Of a DNA stretch of 64,000 nt, positions 1-10,619 are shown in pieces. The notes under the pieces were generated by a model. It had not been told where the DNA came from. It worked only from the letters and a program-made list of their open reading frames with translations, and searched no databases. Numbering within the stretch: position 1 is the stretch's first letter; every line of letters starts with the position of its first letter. Source of the stretch: an uncultured delta proteobacterium (GTDB lineage: Bacteria; Desulfobacterota; Desulfobacteria; Desulfobacterales; UBA2156); NCBI GenBank assembly GCA_963736855.1, contig CAVTQK010000017.1, positions 163,604-227,603 on the forward strand, read 5' to 3'. Both the position numbers and the translations under genes were made by a program.

Positions 1-172
1 GAAGGAGATGGGGCATTTTCGACTTTCCCTCCGGGTAAAAAAACATGACAAATTTTTTCTTTGTTTTAGGAGTCACTAAAAGTCTATTCGCAAACCATGG
101 TTATACGTATTCAAATGCTCTATTATCATTCTTTATTCTATACCTTGTCATGTTTTTATGCAACTGCAGGGT

Positions 173-1513
173 TTACATGCTTTCCGGAACCAGGCGGTTC
201 ATTACCAGACCGCTTCCCACCTTCGGATAAAAATAAGTGGCTTTCCTGGGCATGATAAGCCCATGGTCCGCAACGGTTTTCATTTGATGGATCTGGGTCG
301 GATTCAGGATAAAGGCGATGTCATAGTCGCCGTCGGTGATCGCCTCCACGGCCCCGGCTTCAGTCCGCTCGTATCCGATGAGTTTTTCGTTGTCCAGCCG
401 GGCTTCGTCGAATCCCAGTATTTCCATGAAGATAAGCCGGGTGAGAACCGTGACGTCGATGAGTCGAACCGCCTCATCGATTTCATCCCTGAATATCTGG
501 TCTATTACCCGCGGTTTCAAAACCAGCAGGTAAAACTCGGGGTGATCCTTCATGAAGATGCCGATCACGTTTTTGGGGGCGTTGGACTTGAGCAGGGAAA
601 TGAACTCCACGAAGACCTTGTCACGATCCTTCCCCTTGAAAGGCATGGTCGTTACGTCGAAGTATTTACGGACTTTCGGGATAAGGCTCGCCCAGGAATC
701 GCCCGGGAGTTTCCTTAACAGCCTGTGGGCCGGTAGAATGATCAATCCCGGATCTTCCATGGCGCTTAAATACATCATCACATAGTTGGCGGGATGGTCT
801 TCCGGAAAGTCCGGATGCTGGGAGCGCATCCATTCCTGATAGTTCAAGGCTGTGGTATATCGATGGTGCCCGTCTGCGATGTAGATGTTTTTATTCTCCA
901 GAGTTCCCAAGACGGCCTGCTGGACCGATGCATCGTTAATGCGCCACATTCGATGCCGCTGGCTGTCGTAATCGACAAAATCAATGTCCGCTGTCTTGTC
1001 AAAGACGGCCGCTTTCAGCCGAATGATGATGTCGTTTTTCGGGTCCGAATACAGGGAAAAAATAGGAGCGAAGTTGGCGCGGCATGCCTTCATGAGTGCA
1101 AGCCTCTGGGCGCGGATCATCGAAAATGTTTTTTCGTGAGGCAAAACGATCCGTTTTTCAAAAGGCTCCAGGCGGACCTGGGCGATGAATCCGAACCGTG
1201 TGACCGGCCTGTGGTCATGAAAAAAACTGCGGGCCGTGAAATACAGCGTCGGCGAGTTGTCCTGGACAATAATCCCCGCCTCGAGCCAGTTTTCGAAATA
1301 CTGAGCCGCCCGGGGGATCCAATCGGTCCCGTTGGGTCCAGAGGAATTGGTTTTTCCCAGGGTCAGGCGGATGCTGTTGTAGGGGTGGCGATCCTGCAGT
1401 TCCTGCCGCTCGGGTTCTGAGATGACGTCAAAAGGCGGGGCCATGACATCGGCGATGTCGTTTACCTTTGCCGGGTTGTAAAGGATCCCCCTGAAGGGGA
1501 GGACGGTAGCCAT
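173..1513 (-). CDS. DUF1015 family protein
   Basis: Motifs MATVLPFRG, APPFDVIS, PHEKT, IADGHHRY and KATYFYPK. Start moved to ATG 1513, which follows an AGGAG RBS. Confidence 0.85.
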   Translation of the reverse strand: MATVLPFRGILYNPAKVNDIADVMAPPFDVISEPERQELQDRHPYNSIRLTLGKTNSSGPNGTDWIPRAAQYFENWLEAGIIVQDNSPTLYFTARSFFHDHRPVTRFGFIAQVRLEPFEKRIVLPHEKTFSMIRAQRLALMKACRANFAPIFSLYSDPKNDIIIRLKAAVFDKTADIDFVDYDSQRHRMWRINDASVQQAVLGTLENKNIYIADGHHRYTTALNYQEWMRSQHPDFPEDHPANYVMMYLSAMEDPGLIILPAHRLLRKLPGDSWASLIPKVRKYFDVTTMPFKGKDRDKVFVEFISLLKSNAPKNVIGIFMKDHPEFYLLVLKPRVIDQIFRDEIDEAVRLIDVTVLTRLIFMEILGFDEARLDNEKLIGYERTEAGAVEAITDGDYDIAFILNPTQIHQMKTVADHGLIMPRKATYFYPKVGSGLVMNRLVPESM

Positions 1514-1653
1514 GAGCTTCACTCCTTGATGACTTTTTATGAGTTTATCAGTTAAAGGAAAAACTCTTTTAGAAAAAAAACGAGACCGGTTCAAGGAAAA
1601 TCCTATAAAAAAGTTTTTTTGAAATGAATCCGGTTCAGAATGCAGAAAGAGGA

Positions 1654-1681
1654 TTGACATCCAAGGGGCAGCAAGTATAAT
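1654..1681 (+). promoter_or_regulatory. sigma70 promoter of tRNA-Ser
   Basis: Perfect TTGACA-N16-TATAAT followed by a GC-rich discriminator (CCGCAC), 35 nt upstream of the tRNA. Confidence 0.8.
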
Positions 1682-1716
1682 CCGCACTTAATTGCCCCGG
1701 ATAGGGAAGGGGTTCC

Positions 1717-1809
1717 GGAGAGGTTGCCGAGTGGCTGAAGGCCCCGCTCTCGAAAAGCGGTATCCTGCCAAAAGCGGGATCGTGGGTTCGAATCCCACCC
1801 TCTCCGCCA
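1717..1809 (+). tRNA. tRNA-Ser(CGA)
   Basis: GGAGAGG acceptor stem, anticodon arm CCGCT-CTCGAAA-AGCGG, long variable arm, GGTTCGAATCC and encoded CCA. Confidence 0.95.
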
Positions 1810-2070
1810 CGATGATTTGGCAGCCTTTTCAGTTGTATCGCTTTCCCCCCAATCCCTTGTAATCGACTCCTTTTCCATCTCCCTGCTCGCTGATTCTGAT
1901 GGTGATAAGGCATGGGACATCCGATTTAAGTTCCGTTGTATCATACCGGTTTACTTAATCATGGCGCTATGATAAGATGTTCATAACCGGCAAATTAAAA
2001 GTCGGCGAATCGGCTGCCCAATGTTGAATTCCCATTGCCGATCCTGCGGTGCACCCAGAAAATCCTGAAT

Positions 2071-3513
2071 ATGGATCCATTAAAAAACCATCGGGATTCA
2101 TCCATACAAATACGCATTCAAGAGTCGCTTGACTCCGTGATTGATCTTCAGTCCTTGATCGATGAGATCCCGATGGGTATCGTCTTACTCGACAGGGATC
2201 GCCGGATTGTATTGCTAAACCGGTCCCTCCAGGCGCTCACCGGCTTTTCCCATAAAGAAGCCGTCGGTGTTCCTTGTTATCAGATCATCCGTAACCGGAT
2301 CTGTCTTAAGTCTTGCCCGACACTGGGGATGCATACTGATTCCAAATCCGAGTCTTGCGAGACCGACCTAATCAACCGGGATCGGATGCGGGTCCCGGTG
2401 CATATCCATCTGGCTCCTTTAAAAGATAGACTTGGAAACCTGATGGGCTTTCTGGAAACCATAGAAGATTTGCGGCCGATTCGGGAATTGGATGCTAAAA
2501 ACAGCCAGGCGTATGTCTTTGCGCATCTTGTGGGCAGAAGTCCTCAAATGGAAAAAATATTTCAGATCCTGCCGGTAATCGCCCAGAATGACTCATCGGT
2601 TCTCATCACCGGGGAAACAGGTACCGGCAAGGATCGAGTGGCCGAGGCCATCCATCATTCTTCGGGTCGGTCCAAGGGGCCCTTTGTGAAAGTAAATTGT
2701 GGGGCGCTTCCCGAGACCCTGCTCGAGTCGGAACTCTTTGGACATCAGAAAGGCGCTTTCACCGGTGCAGTGGAAAATAAACCCGGACGTTTCCGCCTGG
2801 CCCACAACGGAACCCTCTATCTTACGGAAATCGGGGATCTTCCCCTTGCACTTCAAGTGAAGCTGCTCACTTTTTTAGATGATCAGGTTGTCTATCCTCT
2901 CGGCAGTACCAGGGGTTTCCAGGCCAATGTCAGGGTCATTGCCGCCACTCATCGCAATCTCGAGCAAATGGTTCGAGAGGACCGCTTCAGGGCAGACCTC
3001 CTGTTTCGGCTCAATGTGGTGCGCATTCAAATCCCCCCATTGAGGAACCGCGGCGACGATATTCGTATGCTTCTGGACCATTTTCTTAACGAGCTCAATT
3101 CAAGGTTCGGAAAAAAAATCACGGGCTTCTCGAAAAAAGCGCTCGAGATCCTAAAAGATTACCCATATCCCGGAAATGTGAGGGAACTTCAGAATATCAT
3201 CGAATATGCGGTGAATATCTGTCAGGAGCGGCAGGTTTTACCACAGCATCTTCCATCCTATATGACCGAGTCTCCTGCCTGGACCCTTGAAACCATTCCG
3301 AATACGGAACGCGCATCATCCAGGAAAGCCTCCAACTTTGAACCCCTTGATCCCGATGACAATGAACAGACATGGGCGGCTGCGGAACGGAGAATGATCA
3401 TGGATGCCCTGGTCAAGGCCGGCGGCCGTCGGAGCAGGGCATCCGAATTTATGGGATGGGGGAGAAGTACTCTGTGGAGGAAAATGAAACAATATGGAAT
3501 ATCCACGAAATAA
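2071..3513 (+). CDS. PAS-domain sigma54-dependent transcriptional activator (AAA+, Fis-HTH)
   Basis: N-terminal PAS, Walker A GETGTGKD, GAFTGA, PGNVREL and C-terminal HTH (GRSTLWRKMK). Confidence 0.92.
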   Translation: MDPLKNHRDSSIQIRIQESLDSVIDLQSLIDEIPMGIVLLDRDRRIVLLNRSLQALTGFSHKEAVGVPCYQIIRNRICLKSCPTLGMHTDSKSESCETDLINRDRMRVPVHIHLAPLKDRLGNLMGFLETIEDLRPIRELDAKNSQAYVFAHLVGRSPQMEKIFQILPVIAQNDSSVLITGETGTGKDRVAEAIHHSSGRSKGPFVKVNCGALPETLLESELFGHQKGAFTGAVENKPGRFRLAHNGTLYLTEIGDLPLALQVKLLTFLDDQVVYPLGSTRGFQANVRVIAATHRNLEQMVREDRFRADLLFRLNVVRIQIPPLRNRGDDIRMLLDHFLNELNSRFGKKITGFSKKALEILKDYPYPGNVRELQNIIEYAVNICQERQVLPQHLPSYMTESPAWTLETIPNTERASSRKASNFEPLDPDDNEQTWAAAERRMIMDALVKAGGRRSRASEFMGWGRSTLWRKMKQYGISTK

Positions 3514-3577
3514 TTCTGGACAATAACGAAACGATCTGTCACATTATGCGACTTGAGTTTTTTGATCCGAGCAACTC

Positions 3578-3922
3578 ATGGCCCAAAAAGTTTTGATCCC
3601 ATTGAACGGCAACGATGTGGCTCCTAGATTCGACCTGGCCACCGAGGTGTTGATTGCGGTGGGCGGCGGGGTGGGGGCTAAAACCAAAGAAAAGATCGTG
3701 GTGCTTTCAGAATCTTCATCCGAAAAGCTCTGTCAGCTCATTCTTGCCGAAGGCATCGATACGGTGATCTGCAACGGAATTGAAGAGGAACATTACCAGT
3801 ATCTTACCTGGAAAAGGGTTCAGGTTTTCGATTCTGTGATGGGCTCGTGGAAATCGGTCCTTAAGCGATTTTACGAGGGCACCCTCAAACCCGGAGAGAT
3901 CTTGTATAGGGATGCGGATTAA
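3578..3922 (+). CDS. NifB/NifX (FeMo-cofactor-binding fold) family protein
   Basis: VAPRFDLA and VICNGI motifs; 114 aa. Confidence 0.7.
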   Translation: MAQKVLIPLNGNDVAPRFDLATEVLIAVGGGVGAKTKEKIVVLSESSSEKLCQLILAEGIDTVICNGIEEEHYQYLTWKRVQVFDSVMGSWKSVLKRFYEGTLKPGEILYRDAD

Positions 3923-5653
3923 ATGATGGCCGGATCCAAATGGTTGCGATATTTCAAGCTGAATTTTTTCGACACGGAAGGTGCAAAGGATTCCGAGAAC
4001 CGCTATCGGCTGTTGCACCGAAACATGGTCCTTTTCATGATACTGGTCACCATCATCCCGCTCACGTTGATGGCGCTCGTCAACTACCACCAGTATCGGA
4101 CCAGCCTGAAGGCGGAAATTATCAATCCGATACGCGTCCTTTCCAGCAAGACCAAGCACTCTTTCGAGCTTTTCTTGGAAGAAAAGCTTTCCACCGTCCG
4201 CTTCATTACTTCGGCATATTCCAATGAAGAGTTGGCTAATGAAGATAAATTGAAAAAAATATTTCGTGTTGTTAAAAAAGAATTTCCCGGAATCGTGGAT
4301 CTAGGTCTCATCGACTCCAAAGGGATTCAGATCAGCTACGCGGGGCCCTATCAACTTCTGGGAAAAAATTATTCAGACCAAAGCTGGTACCATGAGGTTA
4401 TCGTCAGGGGGATGTACGTCAGCGATGTTTTTATGGGATACCGTAAATTTCCGCACATCGCCGTCGCGATCTATGTCGGCAATGATACCAGCGATACTTG
4501 CATTCTTCGCGCAACCATCGACACTCATTTGTTCGACGATCTGATCGCGGCCATGGAATTGGATGCGGAAAGCGATGCGTTCCTGATCAACGATAAAGGC
4601 GTCTTTCAGACCAATTCCAAGTTTTACGGCAAGGTGCTGGATAATTGCCCGTTTTCACCGCCTCTCGGCAACTATGGGAACTATATCGCGGAGGAAAAAG
4701 ATCCCAACGGACGCGAAGTTATTTCCGTCTATACCCACTTTGACAAGATGGGCTACAGCCTGGTGCTGATCAAACCACGGTCGGTGATCCTCAAGACCTG
4801 GTTCACCCTCAAAAGCGAGATGTTTTTTATTTTCATCGTCAGTGCGGTTCTCATCGTCCTCGCGATATTTAAAATGACGAGTTTCCTGATCAACAAGACG
4901 CGGTAGGCTGATGAGCGTCGTGAACTCGCGTTTCGAGAACTCGAACATTCCCAAAAGCTATCTTCCATCGGCAGACTGGCAGCCGGCGTGGCCCATGAAA
5001 TCAACAACCCTCTGGCGATTATCAATGAAAAAGCCGGGTTGATGAAGGATCTGATCGAGCTTACTCCGGAGTTCGAAAATCGGGACAAATATCTTGGACT
5101 GACGAATTCCATTCAAAAATCGGTGGAACGTTGCAAAACGATCACGCATCGCCTTCTGGGATTCGCGCGGCGCATGGAAGTGCAGTTTGAAATTCTGAAC
5201 GTCAATGACGTTGTCAAAGAAGTACAGGGTTTTCTTGAAAAAGAATACGTTTATCGCGGCATCGATATTCGCATGGAGCTGGATGAAAATCTGCCACAGA
5301 TTTCATCGGACCTGGGACAGCTTCAGCAGGTTTTTTTAAACATTTTAAGCAATGCGATTGCCGCTGTTGCGGATAACGGCAATATTATCATCAGGACTTG
5401 GGATCAGGATCCGGAAACGATCGGGGTTTCCATCCAAGACAACGGAACCGGGATGTCAGAAAAAACGATCAAACATATCTTTGAACCATTTTTTACGACC
5501 AAAAAAGGCTACGGAACCGGACTGGGCTTGGCCATTACATACGGCATTATCCAGAAACTGGGCGGGAAGATCAAGGTGGAAAGCAAATTGGGGGAAGGCA
5601 CTATTTTCTATGTTTACCTTCCTAAAAAAGCACCGTCAAAAAACAGTGAGTGA
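3923..5653 (+). pseudogene. Membrane sensor histidine kinase (Cache-HisKA-HATPase) interrupted by in-frame TAG at 4904-4906
   Basis: ORFs 3923-4906 and 4988-5653 share one frame. After the TAG the frame reads ADERRELAFRELEHSQKLSSIGRLAAGVAHEINNPL; N, G1, F and G2 boxes are intact. Confidence 0.85.
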
Positions 5654-5655
5654 CC

Positions 5656-6027
5656 ATGAAGAAGCCCAATATATTGCTTGTAGACGATGAGGTGGATTTT
5701 ATTCAAACGCTGGCGGAAAGATTGCAACTGAGAGGATTTGATATTCATATTGCCCATGACGGCGATAGCGCCATGGGCCAAATGGAAGAAAGTCCTCCCG
5801 ACATCGTGGTACTGGATGTGATGATGCCGGGATTGGGAGGTCTGGAAGTTCTCAAGCAAATTAAATCACAGCTCCCGAAAATTCAGGTTATACTGCTGAC
5901 CGGCCGAGGGTCCACAGCCGAAGGGATCGAAGGAATGCGCCTGGGTGCTTTTGACTACCTCATGAAACCCATCGATATTGATGAATTGATCAAGAAAATA
6001 AACGAAAGCATCCGAAGTCCCTCGTAA
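5656..6027 (+). CDS. Single-domain response regulator
   Basis: LLVDDE, VVLDVMMP, LLTG and LMKP receiver motifs. Confidence 0.92.
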   Translation: MKKPNILLVDDEVDFIQTLAERLQLRGFDIHIAHDGDSAMGQMEESPPDIVVLDVMMPGLGGLEVLKQIKSQLPKIQVILLTGRGSTAEGIEGMRLGAFDYLMKPIDIDELIKKINESIRSPS

Positions 6028-6031
6028 GGTT

Positions 6032-6184
6032 GATGAAATCGTAAAAACTCAAAATTAGGGTGGCAAAGTAAAAAGCTTCAGATGCAAGGCGCGCAAATCC
6101 TGAGGAATGAGGCGTACATATGGGTACGCCGCAATGACGAAGGATGCAGTGCAACGCAGCAGATGGACTTTTTACGAAGCCATC
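6032..6184 (+). mobile_element. MITE-like element, core type A (copy A1), with 6-bp duplication AAGGTT
   Basis: Imperfect terminal inverted repeats GATGAAATCGTAAAAA / TTTTTACGAAGCCATC. AAGGTT at 6026-6031 and 6185-6190. Near-identical inverted copy at 41532-41684. Confidence 0.8.
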
Positions 6185-6259
6185 AAGGTTGAAGAACTCC
6201 TGTAGAGCCAATATCGGGATGGCGAAACGGGCAGAAAGCCTGCCCATCGGGAGGTGCAA

Positions 6260-6940
6260 ATGGCGGAATGCGGATCCAAAGAACTCGAGTTTTTCGGAAA
6301 GATCACAGCCTCAGCCACCCATGAAATGAAGAATGTTTTGGCCATCATCAAAGAAACGTCCGGTCTCATGGAAGATCTGATAGCGTTATCTTCTGAAATG
6401 CCGATTCAACTTCGGGAAAAATGTCAAAGAACGCTATCTGTCATCAAAAACCAAATCAAACGGGGAGCGGATGTCTCCGATCGCCTCAATCGGTTTGCAC
6501 ACAGCGCCGATTTTCCGACAGGTTCCATCGAACTCCATGCTTCTGCTTTACAAATCATGAACCTGGCCAAACGATTTGCTACGCTCAAAAACGTTGCTTT
6601 GGAAATCGATCCTCCGGAAGCGACGATGACCGTAACGACTCATCCTGTTTTGTTGTTGAGGACGCTTTTCGGCATCATTGAATGTTGCCTGAATATACTC
6701 CCTCAGGGTTCACAGATTCTTATTGGGGTCAAAAAAGCGGGTGACGGATTTGCCGTCTCCTTTGTCTGTAAGGGAAATGACTCCATCCCTGTCGATCTAT
6801 CCCAGACCTTTTCAACGGCCAACCCATGGTCTGATCTCAAGCAAATGGCGGCAAATCTGGGTGGAACCCTTGAATGGGATGCGTGCCGGTCCCTGCATCC
6901 GGCTCTATTTGCAGGGATCTGCTGTGTAAATTTTTCGTAG
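6260..6940 (+). CDS. Cytoplasmic histidine-kinase-like protein with H-box and degenerate ATPase domain
   Basis: FFGKITASATHEMKNVLAII H-box; no recognisable N/G boxes; the extreme C-terminus may be frameshifted. Confidence 0.7.
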   Translation: MAECGSKELEFFGKITASATHEMKNVLAIIKETSGLMEDLIALSSEMPIQLREKCQRTLSVIKNQIKRGADVSDRLNRFAHSADFPTGSIELHASALQIMNLAKRFATLKNVALEIDPPEATMTVTTHPVLLLRTLFGIIECCLNILPQGSQILIGVKKAGDGFAVSFVCKGNDSIPVDLSQTFSTANPWSDLKQMAANLGGTLEWDACRSLHPALFAGICCVNFS

Positions 6941-7065
6941 TTCCTCTTGTTTGTATCATAATGTATTATATTGAGTCATTCAATATATTTCATTATGTCT
7001 TATTTCCCTGCATTATAAACCCAATCTTTTTTATATCTATATGATATAATTGAGAATAGTAAGTT

Positions 7066-7080
7066 TGGCATTCGTTTTGC
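7066..7080 (+). promoter_or_regulatory. sigma54 -24/-12 promoter
   Basis: TGGCAttcgttTTGC with the exact GG-N10-GC spacing, preceded by an AT-rich tract and upstream of the receiver genes. Confidence 0.7.
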
Positions 7081-7224
7081 TTATTTGTGGTGTAAGACCA
7101 ATCATTCAGAAGAGGGGGACGCCATCTCTGGAGTTTTTCTTGAAAAAGGTGTGGCTTCAGGAAATTCAGGTTCAGTACGGGATTGTGGCGGTGGGATAAC
7201 CGGCAAAGTCATGCAAATTGATCT

Positions 7225-7614
7225 ATGGGAGCAACCCTTTTAATTATCGATGAAGATCCTGCCTTTCGTGAGAATCTGGGCAGGCACCTTCAGGGCAACG
7301 ACTGGCAAATCCGGTTCGCCGATGGAATGATCGAGGCTAAAAGGATGGTGAAACGCAGAAATATCGACGTGGTGCTCTTGGGAATGGCTTCCCTGAAGCG
7401 GGAAGGGATCGCGATTCTCAGAATGATCAAAAAGCTAAGTTTCCTAACGGAAGTCATCATGATCGGAGGTTCCGAACAAATCGCGCTGTCCATCGAAGGG
7501 ATGAAATGGGGCGCTTTTGACGATTTCATGGGTCCGTTTGAAATTGACTCGCTGATTTCCCGGATCCATGACGTCTTGGGGCAGAGAAAGAGAAAACTGA
7601 AGGATCAAAAATAA
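7225..7614 (+). CDS. Atypical (pseudo-)receiver domain protein
   Basis: Receiver fold (LLIIDED, GAFDDF), but the phosphoacceptor position reads VVLLGM and KP reads GP. Confidence 0.75.
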   Translation: MGATLLIIDEDPAFRENLGRHLQGNDWQIRFADGMIEAKRMVKRRNIDVVLLGMASLKREGIAILRMIKKLSFLTEVIMIGGSEQIALSIEGMKWGAFDDFMGPFEIDSLISRIHDVLGQRKRKLKDQK

Positions 7615-7648
7615 GCCGATTTCAGGCCATGAAGAAAAGGAGCAGAAG

Positions 7649-8104
7649 ATGGAAAATATTAAAGTGCTGTTGGTGGACGATGAAGAGGAATTTGTGAAGT
7701 CTCTGTCGGAGCGCGTCAAGATGCGCGAGTTGGGATCGGAGATCGCTTTGAACGGAGAAAAAGCGCTTCAGATCGTGAAAGACCAGGTCCCGGATGTCAT
7801 GGTTTTGGATCTTAAAATGCCGGGTATAGACGGAATGGAGGTCTTGCGCCGTGTTAAAAAAGCTTATCCGAAAGTCGAGGTGATCATCCTGACGGGACAT
7901 GGTTCGGAAAAAGACGAGAAGGATGCCCGTCGCCTGGGTGCCTTCGATTATCTGCAGAAACCGGTAGATATCGAAAGTCTGGTTCAGTGCATCAGGCACG
8001 CTTACAAAAATAGGATCGAAATTAACTTGTCGGTCGCTGCGTTTGCGGAAGCCGGGGAATTCGACACTTCCCGGGATATTATGGATGACAAGAAAGAAAA
8101 ATAA
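7649..8104 (+). CDS. Response regulator receiver protein
   Basis: LLVDDE, VLDLKMP, ILTGHG and LQKP; C-terminal AAFAEAGE tail. Confidence 0.92.
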   Translation: MENIKVLLVDDEEEFVKSLSERVKMRELGSEIALNGEKALQIVKDQVPDVMVLDLKMPGIDGMEVLRRVKKAYPKVEVIILTGHGSEKDEKDARRLGAFDYLQKPVDIESLVQCIRHAYKNRIEINLSVAAFAEAGEFDTSRDIMDDKKEK

Positions 8105-8123
8105 TTTCTCCGAGGAGCAACGG

Positions 8124-8250
8124 ATGAAGATTCGGGTATTACTCCTAGAAGATGAAAAAGAATTTATTGAACCCTTGTCTCAGCGTCTTTAATCCGGGGG
8201 TTCAATGTCAAGACAGCCGCGAGCGGAGATGGGGCGTTGGATCTGATCAA
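8124..8250 (+). pseudogene. Truncated response-regulator relic
   Basis: GAGGAG RBS, then MKIRVLLLEDEKEFIEPLSQRL*, then a shifted frame RGFNVKTAASGDGALDLIK, after which similarity is lost. Confidence 0.7.
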
Positions 8251-8377
8251 ATTAATCGGAATATTTTGATTGAGTTTTTTGCAAATTAGTGCCAACTAGG
8301 TTACTTCTGTTATTATAAAGAGGTTTAAGAAACTGAACCCCTTCCTATGGGGTGTTCCGTTTGGATGATCGATGACC

Positions 8378-8471
8378 GGAGAGATGTCCGAGTTGGCCGA
8401 AGGAGCACGACTGGAAATCGTGTGTGCTGCCAAAAGCGGCACCGAGGGTTCGAATCCCTCTCTCTCCGCCA
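8378..8471 (+). tRNA. tRNA-Ser(GGA)
   Basis: Anticodon arm CACGA-CTGGAAA-TCGTG, long variable arm, GGTTCGAATCC and CCA end. Confidence 0.95.
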
Positions 8472-8602
8472 CAGCCCTCCGATCCGAGTGAGGCACCCCG
8501 TGGCCCGGCCAAATAAAAACGAGGAACCATTTGAACTTTGCCCTTCAAAATTCTTTTTAATCTAAACCATCCCGGGTACATTCGAACCCAAGAGGCCTTG
8601 CC

Positions 8603-10297
8603 GTGTCTTACCTGGTTTTAGCCCGAAAATATCGACCCCAGACCTTTGAAGAGGTGATGCACCAGGATCATGTGACACGAACCCTGGCCAATGCCGTTGC
8701 CGCCGACCGTGTGGCCCACGCCGTCCTGCTATCGGGCCCCCGGGGAACCGGAAAGACAACCGTTGCCCGAATCCTTGCCAAGGCCATGAATTGCAAAGAA
8801 GGGCCGACTCCCATCCCCTGCAACCGGTGCCGATCCTGCCGGGAAATCACCCAGGGAAATGCCATAGATGTGTATGAAATCGACGGAGCCTCCAACAACA
8901 GCGTGGACCAGGTACGGGAACTTCGGGAAAACGCCAGGTACATGCCGGCCTACAGCCCGTACAAGATCTATATCATCGATGAAGTGCACATGCTCAGCCC
9001 GGCGGCCTTCAATGCCCTCCTCAAGACCCTGGAGGAGCCGCCGTCCCACGTTCTGTTTATCTTTGCCACCACCGAACCCAACAAGATCCCAGCCACCATT
9101 CTCTCCCGATGTCAGCGGCACGATTTCAGGCGCATCGACACCCGTTCCATCGTGAATCACCTGGAAACCGTCGTTTCCAAAGAGAACGCGGCCATCGACC
9201 CGGAATGCCTCTGGGTCATTGCCCGGGAAGCCTCCGGTGGCATGAGGGACGCCTTAAGCCTCTTGGACCAGGTGATGACCTGCGCCGAAGGAAAGATTAA
9301 CCTCGAACAGGTGCTCGATCTTTTGGGGATCATGAACCGGAAAGTCGTTTTCGACCTTTCCCGGGCGGTTTTGGAAAAAGACGCCCCGGGGGTACTGGAG
9401 ATTATCCATGAGGCTTACAGCCGGGGCTATGACATGAAGCGGCTCTATTTCGACCTTCTCGAGCACTTCAGGAATCTTTTTGTCACCAAAGCCTCTAAAA
9501 ATCCCGCCCGGATCATGGACCTTCCGAGCGGTGAGGTGCAACAGTTCCTGGAGCAGTCCAGGGGGGTTTCCCATGTCTATCTGAGCCAGATCTGCGATGT
9601 CCTCTTGAAGGAGGAATCCTCCATCCGGTTTTCCTCCCTTCCTCGGATCGCTCTGGAGATGGCTATCTTAAAGACGATGGAGGTGATTCCGGCGCTATCC
9701 ATCGAAAATCTCATTGAAAAGCTCGATGTTTTAAAAAATGAGATGGCTTCCCTGGGTCCGGAAAGAGGTTCAAGCAATGCCGGTCTCCCTTCGACGGGAA
9801 CGCCTTCCGGGGCAGAATCGTCGTTTCCGGGGGGACCGGAAAGCCCTGCATCGACCGTCCCCATAGGATCTAACCCTGCCGCCGATTCGCCGACTCCGGT
9901 CCCGGAAGCGGCTGTGATAGCCGAAGCCGTAGCCGGGCCATGGGGACGGGTGATCCATTCCCTTTCGGAAAAAAATCCATCGCTTGCCGCATCTCTGACT
10001 AAGTGTAGGATGATCCGTCGGACAGAATCGGAACTCGAGATCGAAGTCAACGGAAACGGGTACGATTTCCAGGCCCTCAACCGTAAAAAAAACAAGACAG
10101 CCCTGATCAAAGCCTGCCAGGCGGTGTATGGGAACACAACGACCGTCTATTTGATTCACCCGGAGAAAAAGGAATCGCAAGATACGTCGAAAACGGAATC
10201 TAAAAATGATTTGAAAAAACAGGCGGTCCAGCATCCCCTGGTGGCTGAAGCAGTGAGGATTTTCGGCGGCAGGGTGGTGGACGTTAAGGTATTATAG
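8603..10297 (+). CDS. dnaX: DNA polymerase III subunit gamma/tau
   Basis: [19 protein letters not shown], Cys Zn motif, IIDEVHML and SRC motif. Confidence 0.97.
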   Translation: MSYLVLARKYRPQTFEEVMHQDHVTRTLANAVAADRVAHAVLLSGPRGTGKTTVARILAKAMNCKEGPTPIPCNRCRSCREITQGNAIDVYEIDGASNNSVDQVRELRENARYMPAYSPYKIYIIDEVHMLSPAAFNALLKTLEEPPSHVLFIFATTEPNKIPATILSRCQRHDFRRIDTRSIVNHLETVVSKENAAIDPECLWVIAREASGGMRDALSLLDQVMTCAEGKINLEQVLDLLGIMNRKVVFDLSRAVLEKDAPGVLEIIHEAYSRGYDMKRLYFDLLEHFRNLFVTKASKNPARIMDLPSGEVQQFLEQSRGVSHVYLSQICDVLLKEESSIRFSSLPRIALEMAILKTMEVIPALSIENLIEKLDVLKNEMASLGPERGSSNAGLPSTGTPSGAESSFPGGPESPASTVPIGSNPAADSPTPVPEAAVIAEAVAGPWGRVIHSLSEKNPSLAASLTKCRMIRRTESELEIEVNGNGYDFQALNRKKNKTALIKACQAVYGNTTTVYLIHPEKKESQDTSKTESKNDLKKQAVQHPLVAEAVRIFGGRVVDVKVL

Positions 10298-10307
10298 GAG
10301 GACGGAT

Positions 10308-10619
10308 ATGAAAAACATGGGTAAGATGCTCAAGCAGGCCCAGAGACTCCAGTCCGACATGCTCAAGATGCAGGAGGCCCTGGCGGAAAAAACCATCGAC
10401 GCGACATCGGGAGGCGGTGTCGTGAAAGTGGTTGCCAATGGGAAACAACAGATTGTGTCAATCGTTATCGATAAGGAAGTGGTCGATCCCAAAGACGTAG
10501 AGATGCTGCAGGATCTGATTCTGGCTGCCGTGAACGAGGCCCTTGCCCGATCCCAGGAGATGGTGAACGCCGAGATGTCGAAGCTCACCGGCGGGCTTAA
10601 CATTCCCGGGCTGATGTAG
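10308..10619 (+). CDS. ybaB: YbaB/EbfC nucleoid-associated protein
   Basis: GGGVVKV and [10 protein letters not shown] motifs; dnaX-ybaB-recR synteny. Confidence 0.95.
   Translation: MKNMGKMLKQAQRLQSDMLKMQEALAEKTIDATSGGGVVKVVANGKQQIVSIVIDKEVVDPKDVEMLQDLILAAVNEALARSQEMVNAEMSKLTGGLNIPGLM

Noticed and set aside
8280..8295. Minus-strand sigma54-like site TTGGCACTAATTTGCA
   Set aside because: Only 9 nt between GG and GC (10 are required), and no gene lies downstream on that strand.
8472..8602. SRP RNA (ffs), often found upstream of dnaX
   Set aside because: No SRP domain IV motif (CAGG...GGAA...AGCAG) is visible.
10085..10092. dnaX tau/gamma slippage site (A8 run)
   Set aside because: It lies late in the gene and I see no stimulatory signal; unsupported.
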